Positions 12,593 through 25,138 of a DNA stretch of 37,614 nucleotides are shown piece by piece. Origin of the DNA: Caecitellus pseudoparvulus. Taxonomy: Eukaryota > Protista > Bigyra: Bicosoecida. The translations under genes and the position numbers were made by a program. The first letter of the stretch is position 1. Every line of letters starts with the position of its first letter. Under the pieces are notes generated by a model that searched no databases, was not told the origin of the DNA, and saw nothing but the letters and a program-made list of their open reading frames with translations. The stretch is taken from NCBI GenBank assembly GCA_965644315.1, contig CBFFRQ010000119.1:1-37614 (forward strand). The letters are read 5' to 3'.

Positions 12593-15500
12593 TCAAGGGT
12601 GTGACAAGGCCACTTCATCCACCGTCGCGGTGGCGTGCAGCCCGCTGCCGTAGCCGAGGGCTGCCAGGGCCGCTTGAGTGGCTGACACGGCTGCGGTGCC
12701 AGCCACTCCGCCGGGGTCCACTGCACTGCCACTGCTGTCACCAGCACTGCTGCCAGAAGTGTCAACGAAAGTCGAAGCCAAAGCCCGAATGGCTGACGAG
12801 GCGGATGTGCTCCGGGCACTGGGCGTGGAGTGCTCTCCAAGCGAGGCGGTCAGTGCTGCCATGCTGGTGCCTTCTTCCACTTTGACCTCTGCGTCTTGCA
12901 GCGCACCAGGGGACCAGGCTAGGGCAGCGTTTGTCTCAGCCACGAGTTCAGCCACCATGTCTTGCAGCGAGGTGCTGCCTGTGCCGCTTTGGCCCCTGCC
13001 ACGGCCCGCAGCACTTGGCGCCGACGTTGTCGCACCACTTTCATCTGCGACGGCGCCTTGCTCGCCTGCCTTCAAGGTGGCAGCGGGCCGCGGTTCTGGC
13101 CGGACGGTGGACTCGCGTCCATCAGCTGCGGACTGGGTTTTGCTGTCCTGGGCCTGTGCCTCAGTGCCTGGTACTTCTGGCGGGGGGGGTCCTTGAGGTG
13201 GCACTGGCGCTTGTCCCCAGTGCGACGCCTCCTCTAAATGTGGCTCACGCGGCACTCCCGGACTAGGCGACGCTTCGGGTGAGCTCTCTGACTGCTCCAT
13301 TACTGGGGAAAGCAGCATGCTAGAAGGCGGGGGTGGTGGCTGTGTCCCGCCCTCCACCTCCTCCCCTCCCACACCAGCCGCCTCCAGGGCTGCCTTGAAA
13401 CGGGAGCCTTTTCGGGGCGCGGCGCCCAGCGACGTGGCATGGAAAGCATATGCGACATCGGTCGACGAGGCGGCAGCACCGGGTTCGGGCGCGCCATGCC
13501 TTGGAGGCAGCGGTGCGCCTGCATGCTTGTGGCGCATGGCCAGCCACTGGCTGTCGGTGAACGCCGGCGCAGCTCGACGAACAGGCGGCGGCGAGCTGGG
13601 CTGGGGCGATGCACGCCCTGCGGGTGCTTGGACTTCCTCACGTTCCATGTCTGCAGGAGGGGCGGGCTTGTCCTGACACACTGCTGTGGGCACTGTGGAG
13701 GCAGTGTCGTCGAGCGCACCCTCAGCGGAGCGGCTTGCCTTGCCAGACAACTCATGCGCATGGCGATACCGCTCGAGGTAGGAAGAGGACTTTCGAAGCC
13801 GCCTTGAAGCTGATCGAGAGCGGGAGCGCGAGCGTGATCGGGAGCGGGAACGGGAGCTGGCAAGGGAGTGGCCATCGCTGCTGTCCAGGACTGCCTTTGT
13901 GACGTGGTCAGCTTCGCTGATACGTGGGGTCTGCTCGGCAACCTGGCGCGCCACAGACTTTTCGAGGTTGTGGGCTGTCTCCGCCATATCATGCACCGCA
14001 TCCTCGGGGTGTTGCAACGTGCGAATGGCGCCATGCACGGGCCGCAGTTTGACGCCGTGAAACGTACCCACAACCGTCAAGTCAGGGCGCCCGGGCGGCA
14101 GTGTCAGGAGCCGTGTAGCAGTGTCCAGAGGAGGATCTACTGGGGTATCCCCATCTTTGCTCAGGAGCGGATCAAAGCGAGGCTTTGTCGCGGCTGGGCC
14201 TCGCAGGCACGTGGGAAAGGGTTCCGAGGGATGCTGCAGTTTGTGCACGGCTGCTGCCGACACAACACGGTCCCCAATCACCCCAACGGCGACGTCCACG
14301 GGAGTGGCTTTCCTCTCCTGGGCTCCTCCACCCCAGTTCAGAATGGTTGAGTCCTCCAGTGCCTGTGCCGCCTGCACGCGACGAGCCGCCTTCACGACGC
14401 TGTGTGCCAGGGCGGCCCCCTGCTCCTGCCCTGGTTGCTGCGGCACGAGGGCCAGCATGTCTGCACTGGAGGCGCCAGGCGGGACAAAGTAGCCCAGTGC
14501 ATCTGCTGCACACCGCCCGTGTATACTGGCGCATTGCTCATCCAGCTCCATCCACCGCACGGCATGGGCTTGCTCTGGGTTCTGGCCGAACGCCAGCTGG
14601 GAAGGCTCGCGTGCGTCGCGGGCGCTGGGCAAGTGCGGGGTGATGGAGCTCACTGTTCCCCCTGCCATCAAGTGCTTGGCGCGGTGATCTGCTTGGCTGT
14701 CTCGCCAGCGTCCCCACATGCGACGCAAGTGTGCGGCACGCATGTGCTTCACCCACCCCGCCTGGCTCGCAGCTGTGCGACGGCGCACATGTGCCGAAAC
14801 CGCCCGGCGATGCCTAGCAGGTCGAGGGTCTTCAACGCTGCCTTGTTTCTGCCCAAGTTGACTTGCTGATCCTACGGGAGCGTGGCTCTTTCGGATGGCC
14901 TTCCAGCGCTGCACGGCTGGTGAGGCAGTTCTCGCTCGCCGTGTTGGAACCCGACTCGGAACGGGTGCACTGTCAAGACCAGGGGCTTCCTGGGCTGCAG
15001 GGGAGCTCTGAAGAGCACATACAAGGGCCGTGTGTGTGTTGTCAGAGTCAGGGGATGCAGAGGTGGGGGAGAGGGAGGGGATGGTGCTGGGCGGTGACGC
15101 ACTGTCCTCCGGTCCGGTTCCGCTGCCCTCTTTGCGGTCCCCCGGCACATTCACCGCCTCCACAACCCCAGGGGTTTGTGTTTGAGCCGCAGAGGGCTCC
15201 TCCTGCACGGGAGTGGGCGTGGCTGGGGCGTCTTTGGGCTTGCTCTGCCGCCCTGCTAGGGGCGGCGTTTGGGGAGCTGCTGTGCCCGAATCGCTGCCAC
15301 CTGATGGGCGAGGAGGCGAGTGAGCGGCGGCGTCGGTGCTTGTGCCAGTCCTTGCAGTGCTAAAGGAGTGTGTGGAAGGCACTACCACTGCTGAGTCGCC
15401 TGAGACAGACCACGGACCGAGAGTCGGTGAGGGTGGCGGGGCGACCACTCCCTCTCCGCGTGCTTCTTCTCCCACGCCTGCCATGGACGCGGTGCGCCCA

Positions 15501-18500
15501 CTGGAGGCGGTGCTTTGCTCTGGGTGCAGAGGAGGGCGTGGCTGGGGTGTACCATCGACGTTTCCTCTCGCTTCGCTTGCGCGTGGCCTGTGTTTGGCCT
15601 CGGGCGTGGGCTGGGCAGACGTGGTGTCAGCATCCTGAACTGGTGCAGCCCTTGCCTCACCTGCTGTTGAGCTGGGACCAGCCTGAGGCGCGGGCTCCCT
15701 ATGTGGCGAAGGTGTTCGTTGCCGGATCCCCCTGCGTGACTTATTCTGGGCCCTGTTCAAGCTGGCGGGTTCGCCGAAACAGGCAGCAGCCAGCCGAAGT
15801 GCCTCGCGCGCGGCAAGGGGCGTGGATGACGAAGCCTGCGCCTGATCGGAGCCCTTAGAGGGGGCGCTGCGACTTCTTCGAGGCCTCTCTGCACTGGACA
15901 GCCGCTTGGCAAACGCCTCTCGAGTGCGGGCTGCGGGCGATGTGCTGCGGACTGCCGTGCGCAGCCACTTGCTGCGCCCAGCAGCCGGCAGGCGCTGGAA
16001 ACGATGTGGCGGGTCATGCACCGTGAACGAGGCACGGTGTGCCTGGGCAAGCTCGGAGCCAATGCGGGCTAGGGTGGCAGATGTTGCTTTGTGCCGAGCT
16101 GCGTGGGCTGCAGCTGCGGCCAGCACACTTTCCGCCTGTCCGGAAGTCCAGGTGCCCATGGCTTGGCCAGACCGCGGCAGCTTCCCTGGGAGGTGTCCGT
16201 CCGGCACTGGATCATCAGGGTGACCAGCTGGCACCACTGTCATGAGTGTGGCACCCCGGGCACCGGCCATATCAGGCGTTGGGCCGTGCGCGGCGAGCCC
16301 GACTTCCGCTGCAGCTGTCCGCAGCTTCTTGAGCGCGGCAATGGCGGCACGCCCCGCTTTGTGCTCTCGGCGGCCCCGAACAGTTGGGCTGCGCCCCCTT
16401 CGAGCAGTTCGTCGTTTCGATGGTGGGCGGTCGCGCTTCTTGGGCGCTTTGGCAGTGGTCTTGGGGGGCGGCGCAACCCCAGCTGCGACCGTTTCCAGCA
16501 GCTGCGTTTTGCCTGCCAGCGCCCGCTCCATTTCCGCCAAGCTGGCCACGAGGGCTTCATTCTCTGCAGTCAGCGCACCCAATTGAGCCTGTCCATGGGC
16601 ATGGGCTGCCTCCAGCTCTGCTTGGCGCTGGTCTGCTTCCGCGGCTGCGGTGGCGTTGGCTTCCTGCACCGCCGCAGCTTCCTCCTGCATCTCTTGCACG
16701 GCGCTGCGGAGGGAAGCTGCCTCGGATGCCGCAGCAGCAGCCTTCTTGCGCCATTTCGCGGCGACCTTCCCCTTTGTGCGCTTGGCCGTGCTGGCTGCGG
16801 CGCCTGCAGTCGCAGCGCTTTCCTCGGCAGTTTCCAGCGCTGCACGAAGCGACACGATCGTGCGGTGCTGCGCGGCAACCTTGTTGTGCAGGGTGCGAAT
16901 GGTGCCACCAAGGTCCCTTTTTGTCGTCTTCAGCTCTTGTCGCAGTGCGGCGCACTTCTGTGATGCCTTCTTTGCGCCCTCAGTGGCGGCGCCTGCGCTG
17001 CGCTGCAGCCCGGCAACCCGACCCTTGAGCTCGGCAATCCTGCGCCGCAAGTTCGCCTCCACCTCCACCGACTCCCGCAGCTGCTTCACACGGGCAACAG
17101 CTGCACCAGAAGCCTTGGCCTCTGCTTCCGTGGAGGCTGCCAGGGTGCGTTTCAGCTGGGCAATCGTGCCTTGCATGGCACCGCGCTCTTCCCGCAAGTC
17201 GTCCACGTCACAGCGCTGTGCGGCCACCATGGCGTTTAGCTGGGAGACCTGCGCGCGCAGGCTGGAGATGGTAGATATGTGCTGGGGGGTGGGGGGTGGT
17301 CCTGCCTCCCGCACAGCCTGCACCGCGTGCTGCCGGGCGCGCTCCTGTGCATCGGCACGTGCGACCTGCAGCTGATCTGCAGCTGAGTCGTACGCCTCAC
17401 GCAAGGCAGCCAGCTGCCGCAGGAGGTCCTCTTGAGCTGTCAAGGATGCGTTTAGTTCCAGCTTCAGTGCCTGCACGTGGATGCGGTGACTTTGCTCCTG
17501 CACATCCAAGCTCTGCTGCGCGAATGACCGCTGCGGTGGCTCGGCATGGCTTCGCAGCCTTGGCGGGTGGCTACCTCCCCGTGGGGTGTGTTGGGTGACG
17601 AGGCCAGCTTGCTTCGAGTCCCGTGCCGAAGACACCCGTGAAACAGCGCTCGCTGGGGGAGCCGACGGCGCGCGCGGCGGCGAGAATGCCGTGCGAATGG
17701 GCGTGTCACTGTCCGAGTCTGAAACGCTGTGCGATTGTGCGGCCGCTTCTGCTGCGGAGGACGAGGAACTGCTGCCATCGCGGTCTGGGCTCACAGTCTG
17801 CTGCGCGGCGGGCGGCGAGTGGGGCAGCGCTCGGACGGGCGCTGCCGCCCTGGGAGGAGTCACGGGGGGGGGCGCATCCGTTTGCACGGCAGTGCTGACT
17901 GGCTTGCCCACCCGCACAGACACTCGCCACGCAGCGAACGACCGCTGCAACAAGGCCCGAGACTTGCACTTCTGCGCCACATGCAGCAGGGCGCGTTGAA
18001 GGTGCTGGATGGTGTCTGTTGCGGCAGTGCTGCCGCTGCCGCTGCCGCTGCCGCTGCCGCTGCCGCTGCCGCTGCTGTGGCTGGCGGGCGAGCCGGCACT
18101 TGCGCTGCTGCGTGAGCCCGAGTCAGTGCCAGGCTCGCGAGTGGAGGCGCTGCTGTCCAAGGCTGCGAATCGCGCTTGCAGCCTGCGCTGCATGGCTGCT
18201 TGGCGCCAAGCCTGCACGACGCCCGTGAGCATGCGGCGTTGTGCAAGCGTCGCAACGCGGCGGGCAGCAAGCGCCCAGCACGTGTGTTTCCGCAGGGATT
18301 TGAAGGCACGTGCCAAGATGTGCCTTGCTTGAAGACGGTACGCTTCAGCTTGCAAGTGGGCTCGCCGCTTCCAAGCCATGAAAGCGGTGCAGAGTGTGGC
18401 TTGCTGGCGTTTCGCCCGTGCCGTGCGCCCTTGCACGTGTGCTGCTGTGACTCGTGCCCACGTCTGCAGGGAGCTGGAAATGCGGGACTGGCGAAGGGCT

Positions 18501-21386
18501 GCGGTCAATCGGCGGCTATTGACTTTTGCGCGTCGGCGGGCGCCTTTGGAGCGGACAAACTGGCGCCAGCTGCGCACGGCCGTGGTTCTTTGGCGGGTGG
18601 AGTGGTGTGCTGCGGCGGCAAGCCACCGCTGCACGGCTGCCGCTGCAACGGGATCTGCACCATCACAAGCTGCATCTGCAGCTTTATCGTCGCATTCCAC
18701 ATCTGGGTGGGGCTTCACTGACGTGCCAGTGCTCTGTAGTGCCTTGCGCAGTTGGCCACAGCCGTCCATGCCCACCGCACGAGCCAGCTCTGCGCTGAGT
18801 GTGCGAACCTGCTGCTGCAGTTGCTGCGCCAGCGCGCGCATCTCCGCTTGCGCCCCCTCTGCGACTTGTACTTGGTGCTTGCTCTCCGCCAACTGCAAGC
18901 TGAGCGCCTCCGCCGCCTCCGCTGCGGGCTGCAAGTGGCTGACCTGTTCTGTCGCCGCGGCACACTCGGCTTGCACGGCGGCCAGGCGGCTTCGCAGGTC
19001 GGCCTGTTGCTCCTGCGCCTCCCGGGCGGCGTCAGCAGCACGCACCATTTCGTCAACTAATGCAGCGTGCATGCCCTCCATTGCGTGCTGCGTGGCAGAG
19101 GCCGCTGCGTCCCGTTCTCGCAACGCCGCCAGCAGCGCGTCCACTTGCCGGCGCATGCTTCGCATGTCAGTAGCTGGCGTGAGGACGCCCGAGGCTGCCA
19201 GGGACTGCATGGTGTCTGAAGTGGGGGCTTGACGCTGTCCTTGGTCCAGCAGGTGCTGCACGAAGGTGGCAGTGGCCGCCTGCACATCTGCTCGTGTGGG
19301 AGAGTCGGTGCCGGGCACGGTAAAGCTATGTTCCTGCGTGGTGGTTTGAAGCGAGTTCTCGGCTTGGGGGGAGGGTGTTGCGACCTGGCCGACCGCAACG
19401 GCGTCTGGCAAAGGGCCTCGCTGAGCATGGGAACTGTCCGCCGAATCCGGGCCGAGCCGCGGTTCAGGCTCCTGCGGTGGGGCGGTTTGCGGGGCGGGGA
19501 CTGCCGCTGGGCGCTTCTTGCGCAGAGCTTTGGCGCCACGCTGCTTGTCTGGAGCCGGGCCCTGCACGTGCTGCTGCAGGGCCAATTCCGGAAACATCAA
19601 GGCAGTGTATGTGGTGAGGGGTGGCTGGCTCTCACGTGGCTGGTGGCGCCTCGCGGCATGCACGCGGCGCCAGGGTTGTCGCCTCGGCGCCTGCTTCCCA
19701 GCGACACTTGCAGGGGGCGTGGAGTCCCTGGACTTGGCGCCGGCGAGGGAGGACGCCCCCGAAGAGGTGGTGCAGGGTTGTGGAGGGGCACTGCGTGGCT
19801 TTGGTGCGGCAGAGCTTTCGCCGTCCCTGTGTGGTGCTGACTCGGCTGCGTGCGGAACTACTGTTGGGTCAACCATGGTCCCGCCCGCTGACACGGCTTC
19901 CGCTGGCCAGTGAGTCTTGCGAGGTGTGCGACTGGGGCGTTTACCTTGGCGTTTGCGGGGCAATGGGCGGTGTTCCGTGCTTGATCGCTGTGTTCGCGGC
20001 GGGCTTGCAGGGGCAGCGCGTGCAGGCTGCGCCGTTGGCGGCACCGCAAGCCTGTGCAGCGGAGGCGCCGCGCTGGCGAGCTGGGCCGAGTCACCAAGCG
20101 TGTCAGGGGGCGGCAGCAAGTGCACAGCAAACAAAGAGTGTGATCTCTGTGGTGCCTGTACAACAGGCCGGTGTGGGTGGCGCTCGTGCAGTCGTTTGCG
20201 GGCTGCATCATACGCCGCACACAGGCGCTGCGCCTTGCCTTGCAGCACGTGCAGCTCCTGCGTTTGCGCGGCTGCCACGCTGTCCAGGGCCTGAAACCAC
20301 CATGTTCGACTCCTTTGCCTTGCATCCTCCTGCTTACCGGCTGCCGTGGCGTGTGCCTCGGCCGTTTTTGATGTCTGCCTGCCAGCCTCCCCGCGTTGCT
20401 GCGACCGCTGACTTGCTGGGTGTGCAGCGCCCCCGCCTGCTCCCTGCAGCTCCGCCCGTGCAGACTGTAGGCGTGCAGCAGCGGCATCTGCGCTGCGCGC
20501 GCGTTTGGCCCGCTGCAAGTGCAGGGTGTGGGCCTGCTGTCGAGCGTGCCAGCGCTGTGCAACGCGGTGCTCCAACGCAACCCTCAGCGCCGTCACGTTC
20601 TCCGGCGCCAGCGTGCTGTCGACTGGGTGGCAAGCACTGGATGTCATGTATGGGACATTCACTGGAGTTGGTTGTGGCATGTCCAGGCCTCGGCCTGCGA
20701 TGGCGGGTCCCCCCTTGCCACCCCACGTTGCCACCCACAGCTGCCGCAGCACTGCCAGGTGGCGGCACAAGTGGCGCAGCTGCTCCAGGCGCACCTCCGT
20801 CGCCACCATGCCCTGCAAGCAAGAGGTGAGCTTGGCGACAGCTGCCTGTGCGGCCTGCCGCTCCCCCTCGGCGACGGGCGTGCCGTCCAGACTTTCCAGG
20901 CGAGGCAGGGCCACCAGCAGAACGTCACGGTACAGCGGCGAGTCACAGCAGGGATTGCCATCCAAGTACAGGACGCGCAGGTTGGTCAGTGGCCGCAAGT
21001 GCTGCACTTCGGCAATGTCCTGCACGCAGTTCTGGGCCAGGGACAGCGTGTGAGCGTTGGCGAATTGGTCAACGCCTGCGAGCGTGGCCAGGGCGTTGTT
21101 CCCCAGCAGCACGCGCTTGAAGTGGTGCGTGGCGATGGTCCCTCGGTTCAGAAGGGCAATGTTTCGAGAGGCGAGGTGCAGGGTGGGCTTCAGTGCCCCC
21201 CGTGTTGCCCGCTCCAGGACATCTGTGAGCTGCGCAGGCGCGTGCGGAAGTTGAGTCGCTGCGGCAGGCAGGCAGCAGGGACGCGGCAGGGGCAGTGCTC
21301 ACCAGCGCGTACTCTCTCTCGGCATTGGTGTCTTCCTGAGCAAAGACACCGCCCGCACGCCACCTGGGCACCGTCGCGAAGCTCAT
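12593..21386 (-). CDS. Giant (~2900 aa) protein: N-terminal SDS22/U2A'-type leucine-rich repeats with LRRcap, coiled coils, Sfi1-like repeats, disordered tail; exons 21386-21303 and 21229-12593
   Basis: LRR pattern VLLGNNALATLAG / TLSLAQNCVQD / LRVLYLDGNPCC and cap YRDVLLVALPRLESLDG. Intron 21302-21230 (GTGAGC...GCGCAG) links MSFAT...EYAL|LTDV in phase 0 to the 2839-aa ORF. Confidence 0.8.
18030..18073. repeat. (GCTGCC)n hexamer run encoding a Ser-Gly tract in the LRR protein
   Basis: Tandem gctgcc units, translated SGSGSGSGSGSGS on the minus strand. Confidence 0.85.
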
Positions 21387-21554
21387 GCCCTGCCAAGCAG
21401 CCCTAACGGTAGCGCAGGGTGTGTGCGTGGCTCTGCCGCTGGTCGTCGCCTTTGCCCTGGGCGTGGCTGCGGCGGACAACTGCGCTGTGGCGGAGCACAG
21501 TCGACATGAATCATGTGCATTGTGTGCCCAGCACCACCACTGCGTGGGCCGTGC

Positions 21555-23036
21555 TCAGTACACCCCTGGCACGATGCGCCAGGGGACACGGGTGCGGTAC
21601 TTGTCCCAGTCGGCACCGTACTTCACGGCACACTTGTGGTCATCCCTGCGCTCGCGATGGATGAGGAGCACCGCGAAGTACGCAGCGTAGAAGTACGGCA
21701 CTGGGGAGCCGAAGGCGCAGGGCAGGCACCACGCCACGCCCATGAGCCAGTCTCCCAAGTAGTTCACATGCCGCGCCATGCCCCACCAGCCCTCCGCCAG
21801 CAGACGTGTGCCCCGCTGCGTCTGGATGAAGGCGAGGTTCTTCACAGAGGGGTCGGCCGGGCGCCCCCTGAACGTGTCTTTCTGCAGGTTGCTGGCGCGG
21901 AAGATGTACAGGCCCAGTGCCTTGAGCGCTAGGATGGCGGCTATGCCGGCTGCAGGCAGGGACACGGGCACCGAGGCGAGGTAGCGGGCCTGGAGAGTGT
22001 ACGTGAAGGGGACCCAGGCGAGGTCGCCGAAGACCAGCATCATGCCGAAGCCGTCCGTGGTGATGTCCACGGTGGTCAGGATGCACTGCTCGAACCAGAG
22101 GGCGTCCAGGACGTAATACGCCTGGAAGGCCAGCACCAGCGCCATGGAGGGGGACACCGCCCCCTCCTGCCCGTACTGCTGCAGAGCGAAGGCGGCGTCC
22201 AGCACGGCCCAGCCGATGAGGCCTGTGTGGACCAGGAGGGGGCAGCGTGTGTGGACAGGGCCTGCAGTGCAGTGCAGTGCAGGGGGTGAGGCGTACCAGG
22301 GCGCAGTTCGCAGAAGTACTTGAGGTCAAACGTGCCACCAAAGAGACGGGGGTTCAACTCGCGCCCCATGAAGAAGTCGTACACGGGGTAGCCGCTGTTG
22401 CCCCCGTGTGCCAGGGCGGCGCCAGGGGCGAAAGAGGCCAGGTACAAGTACACAGACAGCGCCAGGGAGACGGAGATTGCAGCGGTGGCAACTTGGGTGT
22501 AGTGCTCCGCCAGCCACGTGAGGGGGGCGACATACAGGTGCAGGGGAATGAGCACGGCCACAGTGATGCAGAGAGAAGAGAAGGCTGGGCGAGGGGGGCG
22601 GGGGGAAGGCGGCTGCAGAGTTCGGAGGGGAGCCCTGCGGAATTTGAGCGCTCTCACCGTTGATGGGGTACTTTAGCTTGGTGCCGTCCGCGAGGGTGGT
22701 GCCCTCCACCCACTTTCCAGGCGCGACGTAGTACAGGACGCCCTGGAACAGCAGCCACCCCAGCACGACGGCGAACGCTGTGGCGTCAAAGCTGTCGCTC
22801 ACTTCTTGCCAGGTCGGGCGCCAGGTCAGGTCTGGCCACTGGCTGCCCCTGTTGGCCACCGCCAGCAGCCAGACGAAGAGCGGCAGGGAGGCGCTGATGA
22901 AGATGGTGCCCACTGGCCCTCCAAACTCGAAGTGGGTCGTCTTTGCCGGCGCCTCGCCCTTGGTTGAGGGGGCAGCAGCGGCGTGGTCAGCGGCATCTTC
23001 CGCCCGCTTGCGAGGGTGAGAGTTGGAGCGAGCCAT
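21555..23036 (-). CDS. ERG24: Delta(14)-sterol reductase (ERG24 / TM7SF2 / LBR family); exons 23036-22658, 22584-22297, 22222-21555
   Basis: Motifs FEFGGPVG, LKYPINA, GNSGYPVYDFFMGRELNPR, FDLKYFCELRPGLIGW, DITTDGFGMMLVFGDLAWVPFTYTLQARYL, GWWGMARHVNYLGD and KYGADWDKYRTRVPWRIVPGVY. Introns 22657-22585 and 22296-22223 are both GT-AG, phase 1. Confidence 0.95.
22263..22282. repeat. (TGCAG)4 microsatellite inside ERG24 intron 2
   Basis: tgcagtgcagtgcagtgcag read directly from the sequence. Confidence 0.85.
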
Positions 23037-23419
23037 GGCGGCTGCGTGCAGGGGGGGGGCTGGGGGAGCAGCGCTCTCAGCACCAGCAGGCGTACAGGCG
23101 GAATGTGCGTGGCTTTCGGAAAGTGCTTCGGCATGTGCATTGGTTCGGCGGGAGTTCGCGAGGGCGTGCTGCAGACACGCAAGGCGCGATGCAAGTGCCG
23201 GCAAATGCATCCAGCGCGGTATTTCCCGACTCCTGCACCCTCTGCCCGGCTGTCCACCACCACGCCATCGCCGCTTCCAGTCTGCGTACCGTTGCAGACG
23301 TCACCAGCGCAGTTGCCGCTTCGTCTGCGCCATCAGTGCCGGAAGGCACACCCGAGTGGCCCTTACAGCGAGCCACGAGCACCACTGCGCCTCCTGGTGC
23401 TGTGACTGCGTAGGTGGAA

Positions 23420-25031
23420 ATGTTGGCTGCTGCAAGTCGCTCTGTGGCAGGCGCCGCCCGCAGTGCAGGGCGCTTGGCTGTCGCTCGTGCAGGTGAGGGT
23501 GCCAGCGGTCACCACGCCTGCGCCCTGCAACGCTGGCCGTGCCTCACCCAGTGCACCCTACGCGACTGCAGGCGCCGTGTACACCTCTGAGTACAGCAAC
23601 ACACTTGCCCCCTCTGTTGGGTCTTCCGCCCCTGTCGGTGAGTCGAGCGCGCCGGCGTGTGTGGTGCAGCGGGCGTTTCACTTGGGAAACTCTCCGCGCG
23701 TAGGGCACGCCCAAACCTGCATTCCCCGGTGCATGAGCACTCTGAGCGCGGCCACGGCGTCGCTGAAGTTTGTGCCAGGGTTTTTCGAGTTCTCTTTCAC
23801 CCTGCCTCAGGCGGGTGCCGACCAGCGCATGGTGGTGGCAGTGCCGCACACAGCCACCGTTGCCACAGCAGAAGCCATGTTGTCGGCATCAGGCGCCGCC
23901 TCCCTCATGGGGGCGCGTTTCCTGGGCCCCGACCAGGAAAAACTGACCGCCAGCACCAGCTTGCACGCAGCCCTGCAAAACGCAACGGTGCTGTACCTGC
24001 AGGCGGGCGAGTCAACAGACCTGCTGCCCGTGCCGGTGCCTTCGTATGTCGGCGGCGCCTATGGAGTGCAGAGCGCGGCATCTGGCTACCACCGCTTGAA
24101 CGTGCGGGAGATCATGCAGAAGGGCGCCTTTGTGCGCACACGGCGCCGCCTGCAGGCCCTCGCGAAACGCACCATCTCCTGGGACGAGTTCGTGCGCGTT
24201 GCAGACGAGAACGGCGTCAGTCGGGGGGAGGCTGAGGATTTGAGCGCAGCGCTGCACACAGCGGGCGTCATTTTGCATTTCCGGAACCACCCCGACGAGG
24301 GCATTCGGAACACGGTGTTCCTGCAGCCCGAGGACGTGATTGACTCTGTGTTCGGGGCGTACGGGCTGGAGGGGCCGGTGGAGTCACTGGTGAACGCGGA
24401 ACGCAGCAAGGTGGAGGAGCAGTTGAAACGCATCCAGGCAGCCCTGGACGCCCGGCGGTCAGCGAAGCAAGTGGTGGACGCGTCAGCCGCCAGCACTGCG
24501 AAGCTGTTCAACGTGGGCGTGCTGGTGTCGTACAGCGGCATGATGGGGTTCATGGTCACCATGACGTACTCCGTGCTGTCCTGGGACATCATCGAGCCTG
24601 TCACGTGGGCGCTAGGGCAGGGCGCCGTCATCTCCGGCTACGCCTGGTGGCTGCTCACGCGCAAGGAGCTGGAGTTTGAGAACATGTCCGCTGTGGTGCG
24701 GCAGTGGCAGCAAGCGCGCCAGGCGAAGCGTGCGGTGACGTCAGGCGCTGACGCCGTGGATGAGGGCCTGGCGGAGGCCATGGCGGGTGTGGGCGGCCCC
24801 GTGGGAGACCTGGAGGTGGACATCGCTAACCTGGAGGCCGCCGAGGCCCGCTGCCGTAAGCGCCTGGAGCTGCTGTCCATGACGCGCTTCTCCCCCGCCC
24901 TCACCACCGTGTACGACACGCTGCGGACACCGGCGGGTACGGAGATCCTGGCACAGGCGGCGGCCGTGACCAGCAGCACGTCCGACGACGCGGAGGCGGC
25001 GGTGGGGCGCCTCATCCACGCGGCCCGCTGA
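23420..25031 (+). CDS. MCU: Mitochondrial calcium uniporter; exons 23420-23492 and 23572-25031
   Basis: Exon 1 encodes an Arg/Ala/Ser presequence-like peptide, MLAAASRSVAGAARSAGRLAVARA. Intron 23493-23571 (GTGAGG...CTGCAG) is phase 1. LHTAGVILHF, a coiled coil and two hydrophobic helices flanking the selectivity motif SWDIIEPVTW follow. Confidence 0.9.
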
Positions 25032-25101
25032 GGCGGCGGGGGCGGGGGCGGTGTCCCCCCCTCCCGCCAGGCAGTGTCTCCCAATGCACACGGTGTGACA
25101 C

Positions 25102-25103
<2 letters not shown>

Positions 25104-25133
<30 letters not shown>
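25104..25133. repeat. (GGC)10 microsatellite between the convergent MCU and PRP31 stops
   Basis: Ten perfect GGC units. Confidence 0.9.
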
Positions 25134-25138
<5 letters not shown>

